DNA of 64,000 nucleotides from an uncultured cyanobacterium (GTDB lineage: Bacteria; Cyanobacteriota; Cyanobacteriia; CAKZMO01), in NCBI GenBank assembly GCA_963719515.1, contig CAVRCJ010000010.1, forward strand, positions 288,001-352,000, in the 5' to 3' direction. The position numbers and the translations under genes are program-made. The notes under the pieces are model-generated. The model ran no database searches. It saw nothing but the letters and a program-made list of their open reading frames with translations, and was not told where the DNA came from. Positions 1 through 10,075 of this stretch are shown here, piece by piece; the first letter of the stretch is position 1; every line of letters starts with the position of its first letter.

Positions 1-1163
1 ACCGGCTGCGGGATGGTTTGAAAGATGCCCGCTACGATGGGAATCAGCCCCAAAAGCGACAGGATGGCCGCAATGAAATAGCCTACATAGCGGCTGCCGA
101 TGCCGGTGAGCTGAATGACGCCGTTGTTTTGGCTGAAGGTGGTGTTGGGGAAAGTGTTGAAGATGGCCCCAATCATGGAGTTGATGCCGTCGCCTAAGAT
201 ACCCCCCTTGATGCGATCGAAGTAGGGCTTGCCCTCAATGGGCTGCCCCGTGAGGATAGAGGTGGCCGTTAGATCTCCCGTAGACTCGATAGTCGTAATC
301 AAGTAGAGAAAAGCAAACGGAATAAACGCCGCTATGTCAAAGCCAAACCCGTAGCGGAAGGGGATGGGGACGGTGACCGGCGGCAGGCCGCTAAGGGTGC
401 TAAAGTCTACCAGGCCCATGGGAATAGCGACAATGTAGCCCACCAGCAGGCCGATGGCGATGGACGACATCCGCAGGAGGCTGCTGCTGAGGCTGTTGAG
501 AATGACGATAATCGCCAGCACCAGGGCCGCAAGCCCTAAGTTTTGCGGGCTGCCAAAGGTGCCTGCCGCCCGCGCCGGGAATCCACCGCCCATGCTGGTG
601 ATGCCCACATTGATCAGCGTTAGGCCAATCAGGGTGACCACGATGCCCGTAACCAAAGGCGTCACCACCGCTTTGGCAAACTGGATTAGGCGGCTAAAAA
701 ACATCTCAATGAACGAGCCGAAAAAGCACAGCCCAAAGATGGTGCCCAGCGCGGCCTGGGGCGTCCCCCCTGCGCCAGTAACGGCGGTGCCTGCGGCAAT
801 GATTGGGCCGATGAAGGCAAAGCTCGTACCCTGAACGCTCAGCAGCCCTGACCCGACGGGGCCGATTCTTTTGGCCTGAATAAAGGTGGCAATGCCCGAG
901 ACAAACAGGGACATGCTGACTAGGTAGGCCGCATCGGCAGGCTCTAGGCCCAGGGCACCAGAGATAATTAGCGACGGCGTGATGATGCCCACAAAAGAAG
1001 CAAACACGTGCTGAATCGCGGCTAGAATGGCTTCGCGCACGGGGGGCCGCGCCTCTAAGCCGTAGATAAGGTCGGTCTCGATAGGGGGTGACGCGACGGC
1101 GGCGTCAGCAGCGGCGCGAGCTTCGCTCTCTAAACTGACAGAGGTCTCTTGGGGATTATTCAT
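1..1163 (-). CDS. NCS2-family xanthine/uracil permease (runs off the left edge of the window)
   Basis: Translated by hand from ATG at 1163: MNNPQETS...LIYGLEARPP...AIQHVFASFVG... and the NAT signature FPNTTFSQNNGVIQLTG; not in the ORF track because it is truncated. Confidence 0.9.
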   Translation of the reverse strand, partial: MNNPQETSVSLESEARAAADAAVASPPIETDLIYGLEARPPVREAILAAIQHVFASFVGIITPSLIISGALGLEPADAAYLVSMSLFVSGIATFIQAKRIGPVGSGLLSVQGTSFAFIGPIIAAGTAVTGAGGTPQAALGTIFGLCFFGSFIEMFFSRLIQFAKAVVTPLVTGIVVTLIGLTLINVGITSMGGGFPARAAGTFGSPQNLGLAALVLAIIVILNSLSSSLLRMSSIAIGLLVGYIVAIPMGLVDFSTLSGLPPVTVPIPFRYGFGFDIAAFIPFAFLYLITTIESTGDLTATSILTGQPIEGKPYFDRIKGGILGDGINSMIGAIFNTFPNTTFSQNNGVIQLTGIGSRYVGYFIAAILSLLGLIPIVAGIFQTIPQP

Positions 1164-1208
1164 GGCTTAGGGTTTCTCATGCAGATCGAGGGATATGAAT
1201 ATAGGGTC

Positions 1209-3152
1209 TTAAAAGCTGAACTGGGTTCTGAGGTTGCCTACCCACACCGTGGGGTTGTCGCTGAAATTGTTGGGGTTGCTGACCACATACACCGCTGGCA
1301 CCAGCGCGATGTTGTCGGTGAGGGGATAGTAGTAGGTGGCTTCTAGCTCGAACTGCACGCCACCATCACCGCCACCCGAGGCCAAGAATTCGCGCCCGTC
1401 GAGAACGGAGAAGGGAATCAGGTAGGAGAAGCTTAAGAGCGCTCCTTCAGTCCCTAAGTCTGGAAAAGCTAGCCCCGCCTGTATCGCTTGGGCATCAATT
1501 TCGCCATCGTTCCGGCCTGGGGTTTGGGGATCGATTTCGGTGCTGCCGTAAAAGTAGCGGCCAAAAACGCCGAATTTCTCAGCGATGCGCCAGTCAAAGT
1601 TGAATCCAAAGGTGTTGGCGATCGCCGGGTCGATGGTTCCCCCGAAGCCATCGTCGGCGACGCCGTACACGGGCTCGCCGGTTGCCCCGCCGATGCCAAA
1701 CCCCGTCAAGTTGCCCAACTCATTAAAGAGAGGCACGTTGTTGTCGATGCGGGAGCGGGTATAGAGGAAGCGTAGGTTGAGATCGGAGACAGGCTGAAGG
1801 CGCACCTGAGCCGTCAGGGTATTGGTGCCGTTAAACAGGCCGTCGTCTGCGTCTGTTGCGGTGTTGAAGAATGCGTTGGGCAAAAATTCGGTGTTCTCCC
1901 CCATGTAGGCCGCGCTCACGTCTACCCAGTCAGCCGGCGCCCAGTTTACGAATGCTCCCGCCCCGCGGTCAATGGCATTGACCAGGGTACTGCCGCTGGC
2001 GTTGAAGCTGCTGGCTCCCCTACCAAAGAAGGTAAAGGCGTTGCCGTCGAAGTAGCGGTACCAGTTGAGCCTCGGTCCGACGGCAAACTGCAGGGTATCC
2101 CCGACAGCGAAGGTATAGAACAGCTCCCGCAGGGCAATATCACCGCTCAGCGGTGCCCCGGCCTGGTCGGTGAAGGGGGTGCCAAACGTGTTGAACAGCC
2201 CTGCAGAAACGAGGGAGTTAGCGGGGGACTGGCCGTTGCCGACTGCGAGCTGGGTGGTGAGGCGATCGCGTCCGTTGAAGGAGGTGTTGAGGTTGAGGAA
2301 CGTGTAGTTACTGAAGATGATGGACGGATCGTCGTCTCTAGTCGCCACCAAAGGCTCTCCGGTGACCGAATCTCGGCCCGCGCGGCGCAGGTTGAGGGGA
2401 CGGGCGTCAATATCGGCCGTTTCTACCTGGAGGCCATCCCCAGCGATGGAGGCCCCCGTGACGTTGAAGTAGACGTTGCCCGTCAGCTTGGTGGTGGTCG
2501 AAAACTGGTTGGCCTCTAGTTCTGCAGTGCGAACCTCTAGTGAATCGGCGCGGCCCCGCAAGGTCGCCAAATCTGCGGCAAACTGCTGCTGCAGGCGGTT
2601 GAGGGTGGCAACGTCCTGCTGGTTGATCTGAACCTGGTCGAGGTTGGCCGTGATGTTGTTGAGGCAGGCGTTCAGACCCGCCGCAAACTCGTAGCGGCTC
2701 ATGGCGGTGAATCCGCGAAACGTACCGTCGGGGTAGCCGGCAATGCAGCCATAGCGAGCAATTAGGTCTGATAGCGCCTGGAATGCCCAGTCGGTAGGCT
2801 GAACGTCTCCGAGCTGGTTGACGCTCGTCACCTGAGACATGGCGTCATCGGTATCGAGGGTAGAATCGCCCAGAATATCAGGGGCCAGAATGTCTGAAAC
2901 CTGCTGATTGGCGTCGTTTTCTAGGTCATTGACCTCCAACGCGTAGGCCTCTAACTCAGGCGGCGCGGCCTCTACTGACAAAGATGTCGTCTCTGACATT
3001 TGCGCCAGAGCTTCGTCGGCAGCGGGCGCTGGTTCTGCAGACGCGGGTTGCCAAATTAACAGGCTGCCCGTAGCCACACTAGCAGCGAGTAGCGCGTATG
3101 ATTTGCTATTCCAGTACGCTGTCCAATAGGCCCATTTTTCTGAAGAAGTCAT
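1209..3152 (-). CDS. Cyanobacterial outer-membrane porin (SLH + OprB-like, iron-uptake-porin type)
   Basis: VTSVNQLGDVQPTDWAFQAL..YGCIAGYPDGTFRG SLH motif, coiled coil, QFSTTTKL, C-terminal LRTQFSF. Confidence 0.92.
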   Translation of the reverse strand: MTSSEKWAYWTAYWNSKSYALLAASVATGSLLIWQPASAEPAPAADEALAQMSETTSLSVEAAPPELEAYALEVNDLENDANQQVSDILAPDILGDSTLDTDDAMSQVTSVNQLGDVQPTDWAFQALSDLIARYGCIAGYPDGTFRGFTAMSRYEFAAGLNACLNNITANLDQVQINQQDVATLNRLQQQFAADLATLRGRADSLEVRTAELEANQFSTTTKLTGNVYFNVTGASIAGDGLQVETADIDARPLNLRRAGRDSVTGEPLVATRDDDPSIIFSNYTFLNLNTSFNGRDRLTTQLAVGNGQSPANSLVSAGLFNTFGTPFTDQAGAPLSGDIALRELFYTFAVGDTLQFAVGPRLNWYRYFDGNAFTFFGRGASSFNASGSTLVNAIDRGAGAFVNWAPADWVDVSAAYMGENTEFLPNAFFNTATDADDGLFNGTNTLTAQVRLQPVSDLNLRFLYTRSRIDNNVPLFNELGNLTGFGIGGATGEPVYGVADDGFGGTIDPAIANTFGFNFDWRIAEKFGVFGRYFYGSTEIDPQTPGRNDGEIDAQAIQAGLAFPDLGTEGALLSFSYLIPFSVLDGREFLASGGGDGGVQFELEATYYYPLTDNIALVPAVYVVSNPNNFSDNPTVWVGNLRTQFSF

Positions 3153-3282
3153 TGCAGATTCGATTCCCTAATTCACTCACACCATAAGAACAGCCCAGTA
3201 GGCGCAGTAAAAAATGCGCTGAGCCGTAGCGAAGCCTAGTACCAATCTCAAATTGTCTGCCTCCCTGCAGATGCCCGTATTT

Positions 3283-3330
3283 TGCATACGTTCTGTATAC
3301 CGGCAAGGATGGCATACCTCAATGTATACA
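3283..3330. promoter_or_regulatory. Candidate GntR/FadR operator array
   Basis: Four G(C/T)ATAC boxes including the palindrome TGTATACA, between the divergent porin and gntR genes. Confidence 0.4.
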
Positions 3331-3488
3331 GACCCACATCCGTGAATGGTGTTCTGCACTACAGTCTTAAACCAAGCTGAGAGAAAGGTGAGAATTTCAT
3401 GACCTGCGGGTCTTCCCGCTGATCGGCTATATTACGGAAGCGCTGCTGTCTTAGACACGATGGGCTGGAGGCCGCCTGTTCTGATCGG

Positions 3489-4343
3489 ATGACGTCATCG
3501 ACACCACTACTCCATGAGCAGATTTACCTCACGCTGCGGACATCGATTCTCACCGGGGGTATTGGCCTAGGCGATCGCCTCGTTGAGAGTCGCTTGGCAG
3601 AGGAGCTGCGGGTAAGCCGTACCCCCATCCGAGAAGCGATTCGGCGGCTGCAGTACGAAGGGCTGCTGACGACGGACCCGCTTAACGGCATCACGCCGGT
3701 CGAGCTTTCCCTTGAGAATGCAGTCCACCTCTACGACTGCCGCATTGCCCTAGAGCAGCTCGCCGTTGAAGGGGCCTGCCGCAGCGCAGCGCCTGCTCAG
3801 GTCGAGTCTCTCCGTCGCATTCTTCAAGATGCCGATGAACTCCTGCTGAAAACCAGCGGCATCAGCGATCGGCATACCCTGGAAGACCATGCGCAGCAGC
3901 TAGAAGACCATGCGCTGAGACAGAGGGACCTCAACTACGCCTTTCACCGCCTGATTGCGGAAAGCTCTCAAAACCCGTGGCTGGTGTCGATGCTGGACCA
4001 GCTGGCGAACCAGGTAAAGCTGCTGCGGCTGCAGATTTTGCAGGTTCCTGTGGACGTGGGGGCTATTCAATCAGAGCATTGGGAGATTGTGGAGGCGATC
4101 GCCCAGCGCGATACCCAGGCTGCCGTAGACCACATCCGCGCTCACCTAGAGATCAGCAAGCAGCGGGTGATTAAGACCTTAAACGGGCAAGCTCAGAGCC
4201 AGACCCTTCGGCAAAAGGGAGCACAGCCTGAGAGCGCCTGCCCCCGCTGCGGCGCTCAGGATCTAAGAAAAAACGGCAGGCGAAAGAACAAGCAAAACTA
4301 CCTCTGCAAGGCCTGCGGGCGGCAATTTGTGCGCAACAGATGA
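3489..4343 (+). CDS. GntR (FCD) transcriptional regulator with C-terminal Zn ribbon
   Basis: LAEELRVSRTPIREAIRRL HTH, FCD motifs (FH..I, EH..I..AI), terminal CPRCG..RKNG..KQNYLCKACGRQF. Confidence 0.9.
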   Translation: MTSSTPLLHEQIYLTLRTSILTGGIGLGDRLVESRLAEELRVSRTPIREAIRRLQYEGLLTTDPLNGITPVELSLENAVHLYDCRIALEQLAVEGACRSAAPAQVESLRRILQDADELLLKTSGISDRHTLEDHAQQLEDHALRQRDLNYAFHRLIAESSQNPWLVSMLDQLANQVKLLRLQILQVPVDVGAIQSEHWEIVEAIAQRDTQAAVDHIRAHLEISKQRVIKTLNGQAQSQTLRQKGAQPESACPRCGAQDLRKNGRRKNKQNYLCKACGRQFVRNR

Positions 4344-4362
4344 TGGCTCAACAGCGAAAGGC

Positions 4363-4725
4363 TTAGCTGCCGCGATAGGTGCTGTAGGACCAGGGCGACA
4401 CCAAAAGCGGCACGTGATAGTGGGCGTTGACGTCGGCGATGCCGAAGCGGATGGGAACGCGGCTTAAAAACGGGGGGTCGGGCAACGTTGGGTCAAGCGC
4501 GGCAAAGTAGTCGCCGACCCAGAACAGCAGCTCATATTCCCCAGCGACCATAGCGCCCTGGGCGAGTAGGGGCGCAGGCGATCGCCCGTCGGCATTGGTT
4601 GTGCTGCTGACGACCAGCGCCCCATCTGACGTCATCCGCCACAGCTCTAGCTTCAGCCCGGCCGCTGGGCAGCCGTTAGCGGTGTCGAGCACGTGGGTGG
4701 TCAGTTTTCCTGTGGGTTCAGCCAT
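4363..4725 (-). CDS. uraH: 5-hydroxyisourate hydrolase
   Basis: LTTHVLDTANGCPA and HYHVPLLVSPWSYSTYRGS transthyretin-like signature. Confidence 0.97.
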   Translation of the reverse strand: MAEPTGKLTTHVLDTANGCPAAGLKLELWRMTSDGALVVSSTTNADGRSPAPLLAQGAMVAGEYELLFWVGDYFAALDPTLPDPPFLSRVPIRFGIADVNAHYHVPLLVSPWSYSTYRGS

Positions 4726-4878
4726 AACGATGGATAGGACTAGGGAGGGGTCGATGAATCGGAGTACGAATTTTCTGCATTAGATCTGCGTTGGATCAAT
4801 CCAATATCAGCCAGTGAGGGCGCGGCCTGTCCCCGTGCCGAAAATTGAAAAATCGTCAGCATCAGGCGGTGTAGCTCA

Positions 4879-6042
4879 TCACCGCATTGGCCCCAAAAGA
4901 ATCGTCTCAGAGATAGCGTCCATAATCGTGGTGCCGTCCTCATGGGCTAGCTCAGCGTACCACTGCTCGGTTTTGCTCATGTCCTTACCGTGGGTCACCC
5001 CGGCCCGCTTACGCGCCTTGAGAATGACCTGGGCCACCCGCTCTAGGCGACTGTCCTGATAGCGCTCCAGCGCATCCGCTACGCCGAGATTGGTGGTCAG
5101 CAGAGCGTTGGCCAGTGACCAAGCGTCCTCCATAGCCTGACAACCTCCTTGCCCCAGGTCCGGCGCGGTGCTGTGGGCCGCATCTCCAATCAGCGCGATC
5201 CGCCCTTTGACCAGCGTTTGCAGCGGCTCAATATCGTGAATTTCTACCCGGTTGGTGTTCTCCGGCTCTAGCCGCTCGATCAGGGCCTGCACGGGCGCGG
5301 CCCAGCCCTCAAAGTGCTGGGAAAGCTCCCGGCGGAAGTTGTCGGGGCTTCTATCCGTGCCCTTGGGCAGAGGCACGTCTAGAAAGAAGTAGAAGCGATC
5401 GCCCCCCACCGGCATCAGAGAAGCCCGCTGGCCGTTGCCCACGTAAATGTCCCAGCTATTGCGGGGCGCGAGGTCATCGCTCATTGCCACTAGCCCGTTC
5501 CAGTTGACGTAGCCGACGTAGCGCCGTTCGGCAGGGTGGCCGAGCACGTGGGTGCGGATGACTGAATGGGTGCCGTCTGCCCCAACCACTAGGTCGGCGG
5601 TAGCGCGGTGGCCGTCTTCAAATACGGCGGTGGCGCTGTCGGCGGTCTGCTCTACGGCGACGCAGCGGTGGTTGAGCTGCACATTATTCTCGCCCACGGC
5701 TTCTAGCAGCATCCGCTGTAGGTCGGTGCGGGCTACCGGGTAGGGGGCTTGCCCGACGCGATCGACGATGGGGTCCAGGCTGAAGCGGGTGAGCAGGTTT
5801 CCCGCTTTGTCGTAATAGGCCATCTGCTCCATCGGTCCGCCGATTTCAGCAATCTCGCGGCCCAGCCCTAGGCGATTGAGAACTTTGACGCCATTGGACC
5901 ACAGCGAAATCCCGGCCCCAGCCGGACGCAGCTCACTGACGCGATCGTAGATCTCAACGCTGTAGCCCGCCTGCTTCATCGCTAGGGCTGTAGTTAGCCC
6001 ACCCATACCTGCACCGACGACGACAACGCTGAGCTTTTCCAT
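4879..6042 (-). CDS. hpxO: FAD-dependent urate hydroxylase
   Basis: GAGMGG FAD motif, GDAAHSTAPDLGQGGCQAMED, adjacent to uraH. Confidence 0.88.
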   Translation of the reverse strand: MEKLSVVVVGAGMGGLTTALAMKQAGYSVEIYDRVSELRPAGAGISLWSNGVKVLNRLGLGREIAEIGGPMEQMAYYDKAGNLLTRFSLDPIVDRVGQAPYPVARTDLQRMLLEAVGENNVQLNHRCVAVEQTADSATAVFEDGHRATADLVVGADGTHSVIRTHVLGHPAERRYVGYVNWNGLVAMSDDLAPRNSWDIYVGNGQRASLMPVGGDRFYFFLDVPLPKGTDRSPDNFRRELSQHFEGWAAPVQALIERLEPENTNRVEIHDIEPLQTLVKGRIALIGDAAHSTAPDLGQGGCQAMEDAWSLANALLTTNLGVADALERYQDSRLERVAQVILKARKRAGVTHGKDMSKTEQWYAELAHEDGTTIMDAISETILLGPMR

Positions 6043-6121
6043 GCTGTTAGAACTTGGGGAGGATTAAGTTGATTGTGAAATTACGCCAATGGAATCACTA
6101 CTGCCCCAAGTCTGTCAACTT

Positions 6122-8047
6122 TTAAACGTCGCGCTCCGCCAGCTCCATCCAGCGCTCGGTGGCCTGATCAATCTCGCCTGAGAGTTGAGTGAGCTGCTGG
6201 CTGATGGTTTCTAGAGCCGTAAAATCGCTGGGAGCCTCTTGGTAAAGCTGACGCTCTAGCTCCAATTTTTTGGCTTCCATTTGGGCGATCGCCGCTTCCA
6301 GCTTTTGGTACTCCCGCTGCTCGTAGTTTGACAGCGGCTTCACCCGCCCGCCCTGAGCGGGCTGGACGTTGGGCTGTTCGGGCTTAGGAGCCTTTGGCCC
6401 CGGCGACACGTCTTGGGCCGCCTTTTCCCGCACCGCCTCCTGACGCTTGTAGTCCATATAGACCGAGTAGTTGCCGGGGTACTGACGCACCTCGCCGTCT
6501 TCGAGGGCAAAAATGACGTTGACCGCCCGGTCGAGGAAGTAGCGATCGTGGGAGACGACAATGACGCAGCCGCTGAATTCCTCTAGGTACTCCTCCAGCA
6601 CCGACAGGGTCTGCACGTCGAGGTCGTTGGTAGGCTCGTCAAGAATCAGGACGTTGGGCGCTTCCATCAGGACTCTCAGCAGAAACAGCCGCCGCCGCTC
6701 CCCCCCGGAGAGCTTGTGGAGCGGGGTGTACTGCTGATTGCCAAAAAAGAGAAATCGTTCCAGCATTTGGGAGGCGCTAATCTGACTCCCGTCAGCGGTC
6801 TGGACGTAGGAGCCCACCTCTTGAAGGTAGTTGATCACCCGCTGTTCGGGGTCGGCCTCGATCAGATTTTCCGAATGCTGGTCAAAGTAGCCGATGTGAA
6901 TGGTGCCGCCGATGTCCACCGTGCCGCTGTCCGGCTCGACGCGGCCCGTGACCATATTCACCAGGGTCGACTTTCCCACCCCGTTGCGGCCAATGATGCC
7001 CACGCGGCTGTCGGCGCTGAACTGATAGGTGAAGTCTTTGACGATGGTGCGATCGCCGTAGGCCTTAGACACCGCCTCTAGCTCGATCACTTTTTTGCCG
7101 ATGCGACGACCCGGCGTGTCCATTTCAACGCGAGTCTGAGCCTCCTTAAAGGTCTTATCCTGCATCTCCCCAATCCGGTCGATACGGGCCTTCTGCTTGG
7201 TGCTCCGCGCCTTAGGGCCGCGCTTCAGCCACTCTAGCTCGCGCACGAGCGCCCGCTGGTGCTTCCGCTGCCCTTCAGCGGCCACCGACTCCGACAGGGC
7301 CTTTTTCTCTAGGAAGTAGCTGTAGTTACCGTCGTACTCATACAGGTCGCCCCGGTCTACTTCGATGATCCGGTTAGTGACTCGGTCTAAAAAGTAGCGA
7401 TCGTGGGTAATCAGCAGCAGGGCTCCGCTGTAGCTTTTGAGGTAGTCCTGCAGCCACTCCACCGACGCGGCGTCTAGATGGTTGGTGGGCTCGTCCATCA
7501 GCAGCAGGTCTGGGAAGGAGAGCAGCGCGGTCGCTAGAGCAATACGCTTGCGGTAGCCGCCAGATAAATCCCCCACCCTGGCATCGACGTCATCGATGCC
7601 CAACTGGGTCAAAATAATTTTGGCATTGGTCTCTAGCTCCCAAGCCCCAGCGGCTTCCATTTGAGCGTTGACCTGGGTCATCTCGTTCATCAAAGTGCTG
7701 AGTTCATCCCCTTCCGCCTGGGCCATGCGGTGAGACAGGGTCTCGTAGCGGCGCACTAAATCCATCTGCTCGCCGCTGTCGGCAAACACCTGGTCGAGCA
7801 CCGTCCGGCCTTTGTCCATGTCGGGCTGCTGCGGCAGGTACATGATGCGCGCGCCGGAGCGCACTAGCCGCTTACCGCCATCGATAGGCTCTAAGCCGGC
7901 CAGCATCTTGAGCAACGTCGACTTGCCGGAGCCATTGACGCCGATGAGGCCAACTTTATCGCGGGCGTCGATGCTGAAGCTGGCGTCTCTAAGAATTTCT
8001 TTGATGCCGAAGTCTTTCTTGATGGATTGGAGCGTAATGATGCTCAT
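6122..8047 (-). CDS. uup: ABC-F family ATPase (Uup-like)
   Basis: Two ABC cassettes (GVNGSGKST/LSGG/DEPTN), no TM segments, C-terminal ERWMEL. Confidence 0.85.
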   Translation of the reverse strand: MSIITLQSIKKDFGIKEILRDASFSIDARDKVGLIGVNGSGKSTLLKMLAGLEPIDGGKRLVRSGARIMYLPQQPDMDKGRTVLDQVFADSGEQMDLVRRYETLSHRMAQAEGDELSTLMNEMTQVNAQMEAAGAWELETNAKIILTQLGIDDVDARVGDLSGGYRKRIALATALLSFPDLLLMDEPTNHLDAASVEWLQDYLKSYSGALLLITHDRYFLDRVTNRIIEVDRGDLYEYDGNYSYFLEKKALSESVAAEGQRKHQRALVRELEWLKRGPKARSTKQKARIDRIGEMQDKTFKEAQTRVEMDTPGRRIGKKVIELEAVSKAYGDRTIVKDFTYQFSADSRVGIIGRNGVGKSTLVNMVTGRVEPDSGTVDIGGTIHIGYFDQHSENLIEADPEQRVINYLQEVGSYVQTADGSQISASQMLERFLFFGNQQYTPLHKLSGGERRRLFLLRVLMEAPNVLILDEPTNDLDVQTLSVLEEYLEEFSGCVIVVSHDRYFLDRAVNVIFALEDGEVRQYPGNYSVYMDYKRQEAVREKAAQDVSPGPKAPKPEQPNVQPAQGGRVKPLSNYEQREYQKLEAAIAQMEAKKLELERQLYQEAPSDFTALETISQQLTQLSGEIDQATERWMELAERDV

Positions 8048-8194
8048 AGGGCACCGGTACTCTTTAATACGGAACTGAGTCTGAACATATTGGATTTAAC
8101 CTCGCCCCATACTGTGAAAGCTGACACCGTAGAGCTATATGGGCTTTAATATGAAAGCACCTAACAGCATGAACCTGTGGAGCGCAATAGCTCG

Positions 8195-10075
8195 ATGGCT
8201 GAGTCAGACAAAAAGCTAAAGCTACTGGTCGTTGATGACGAGTCTGACAACCTGGACCTACTATATCGGACCTTTCGACAGAAGTTCAGGGTCTTTCGGG
8301 CCGACAGCGCGGTAACAGCTCTAGGGCTGCTTAGGAAAGAGGGAGAGATGGCTATCATCATCTCTGACCAGCGCATGCCGTTTATGAAGGGAACCGAGCT
8401 GCTTCAGCGCACCGTCGAGCAGTTCCCAGATACGGTGCGCATCGTGCTGACTGGCTATACCGACGTAGAAGACCTGGTAGAGGCCATCAACACAGGTCAA
8501 GTCTTTAAGTACATCACCAAGCCCTGGAAGCCGCAAGAGCTTCAGGACATTGTGCGGCAGGCGGCAGACACCTACCGAGCCATTAAGCAGCGCACCAGCG
8601 ATCTCAGACGGGCCCTGTGGCGAGAGTCTGTCTTCAATGAGGTAATGCAGGCGATTCGAGAAACCCTAGACTACGATCGCATCGAGAACGCGATCGCCTA
8701 CACGTTTGGAAGACTGTTTGATGCAGAGACGAGCGTTCTGATTCCGGTTTCCACGGTAGGCCTAACAAATATAACTCCGCAAACGCTGTCGGCTCAATCC
8801 ACCGCCTATCGGTTTTCTCAAGCTGAGCCTGCTGACGATGCCGTCGGTGTTGCTCCGATGGCCCCGTTAAAGGCTCCGGTCGCGCGTCCTGTGGATAGCC
8901 TTGTGGAGAAGTGTCTTACCAAAACAGATGCCTCTGAGGTCAACACCACGACAGTAGTCGCCGCCGAAATAGCGATTCAGGACGCCGACATCGCCTGCCT
9001 CGAAACTGTGCTCCAGAGCAACCGTCACCAATGGAGCTGTTGCCGAGAGGCCCACATACGATGTGAGCAGGTCAGCATACCGCTGGTTTACCAGCATCAG
9101 CCCCTAGCGGTTTTAGTTCTAAAGCGCTCAATCGACCAACCGTCTTGGCGTCCGGAGGACCTCAAGCTGCTGGATGATGTGGCACAGCAGGCTGCTTTGG
9201 CACTCTCTCAAGCGAAGCTCCATCAGCGCGTTCAGGCGCAAACCCTGCGCATGCAGTCTGAGCTTGAGTTCGCCCGAGAGATTCAGACTAGCCTCCTACG
9301 TCAGCAGCTGCCCGAGCTGCCCGACGTCACCCTTGAAGCCCGGTGCCTTCCGGCCAGAGAGGTCGGCGGCGATTTTTACGAAGTGTATAAGCACGTCAAC
9401 AGCGATGACGTCTGGCTCTCGGTTGGCGACGTTTCCGGCAAAGGCGTTCCGGCAGCGCTGTTGATGGCCAGCGCTATTTCTGTACTGCGCCAGGAGCTCT
9501 CTCAAGAATCCCCGCCTGCTCCGGGAGTGATTATGCAGCGGCTCAACCAAAATCTAATGAGTAGCTTGGTGAGCAGCAACTGTCTGATTACTATGGTGCT
9601 GGTACGCTACTCGCGGCAGTCATCAGAGATAACGTACGCCAATGCAGGCCATATTTATCCAATGGTCTGGTCTCACGCCCAGGTGAAATCTCAGCAGCAC
9701 GGCACTCGCGACCCCAACGCCCCGCCGACCCTCCAGCCCGACTACCTAAAGGAGCGCGGCGTTCCCCTGGGCATCACCGCTGACTGGCAAGGAGAAACGG
9801 GACGGCGATCGCTCGAGTCTAGCGACGTCGTCATGCTAGTTAGCGATGGGATTACCGAGGCGACTGCCCCTAGCCCGCTCCACCACCACAGCGATCGCGC
9901 TCCTGCTGCTCCAGACTCCTACCCAGAAATGCTCCGGCATACGGGGCTGTGGCAGCTCATTCTGCGGCTCAATGGGGCCCCCAACTTGGACGCTATACTT
10001 GACTATATCCAGTCGGACAGCAACGTTCGTGAGGACGATCAGACCATCCTCGCTATGGAGGTCCTGCAGTCATGA
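8195..10075 (+). CDS. Response regulator receiver-GAF-SpoIIE (PP2C) phosphatase
   Basis: LLVVDDE/IISDQRMP receiver; VGGDFY, GDVSGKG, NAGH, SDGITE, DDQT PP2C motifs; start may be 8177. Confidence 0.92.
   Translation: MAESDKKLKLLVVDDESDNLDLLYRTFRQKFRVFRADSAVTALGLLRKEGEMAIIISDQRMPFMKGTELLQRTVEQFPDTVRIVLTGYTDVEDLVEAINTGQVFKYITKPWKPQELQDIVRQAADTYRAIKQRTSDLRRALWRESVFNEVMQAIRETLDYDRIENAIAYTFGRLFDAETSVLIPVSTVGLTNITPQTLSAQSTAYRFSQAEPADDAVGVAPMAPLKAPVARPVDSLVEKCLTKTDASEVNTTTVVAAEIAIQDADIACLETVLQSNRHQWSCCREAHIRCEQVSIPLVYQHQPLAVLVLKRSIDQPSWRPEDLKLLDDVAQQAALALSQAKLHQRVQAQTLRMQSELEFAREIQTSLLRQQLPELPDVTLEARCLPAREVGGDFYEVYKHVNSDDVWLSVGDVSGKGVPAALLMASAISVLRQELSQESPPAPGVIMQRLNQNLMSSLVSSNCLITMVLVRYSRQSSEITYANAGHIYPMVWSHAQVKSQQHGTRDPNAPPTLQPDYLKERGVPLGITADWQGETGRRSLESSDVVMLVSDGITEATAPSPLHHHSDRAPAAPDSYPEMLRHTGLWQLILRLNGAPNLDAILDYIQSDSNVREDDQTILAMEVLQS

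Noticed and set aside
3277..3289. NtcA box upstream of the porin
   Set aside because: Spacing is GTA-N7-TAC rather than the canonical GTA-N8-TAC
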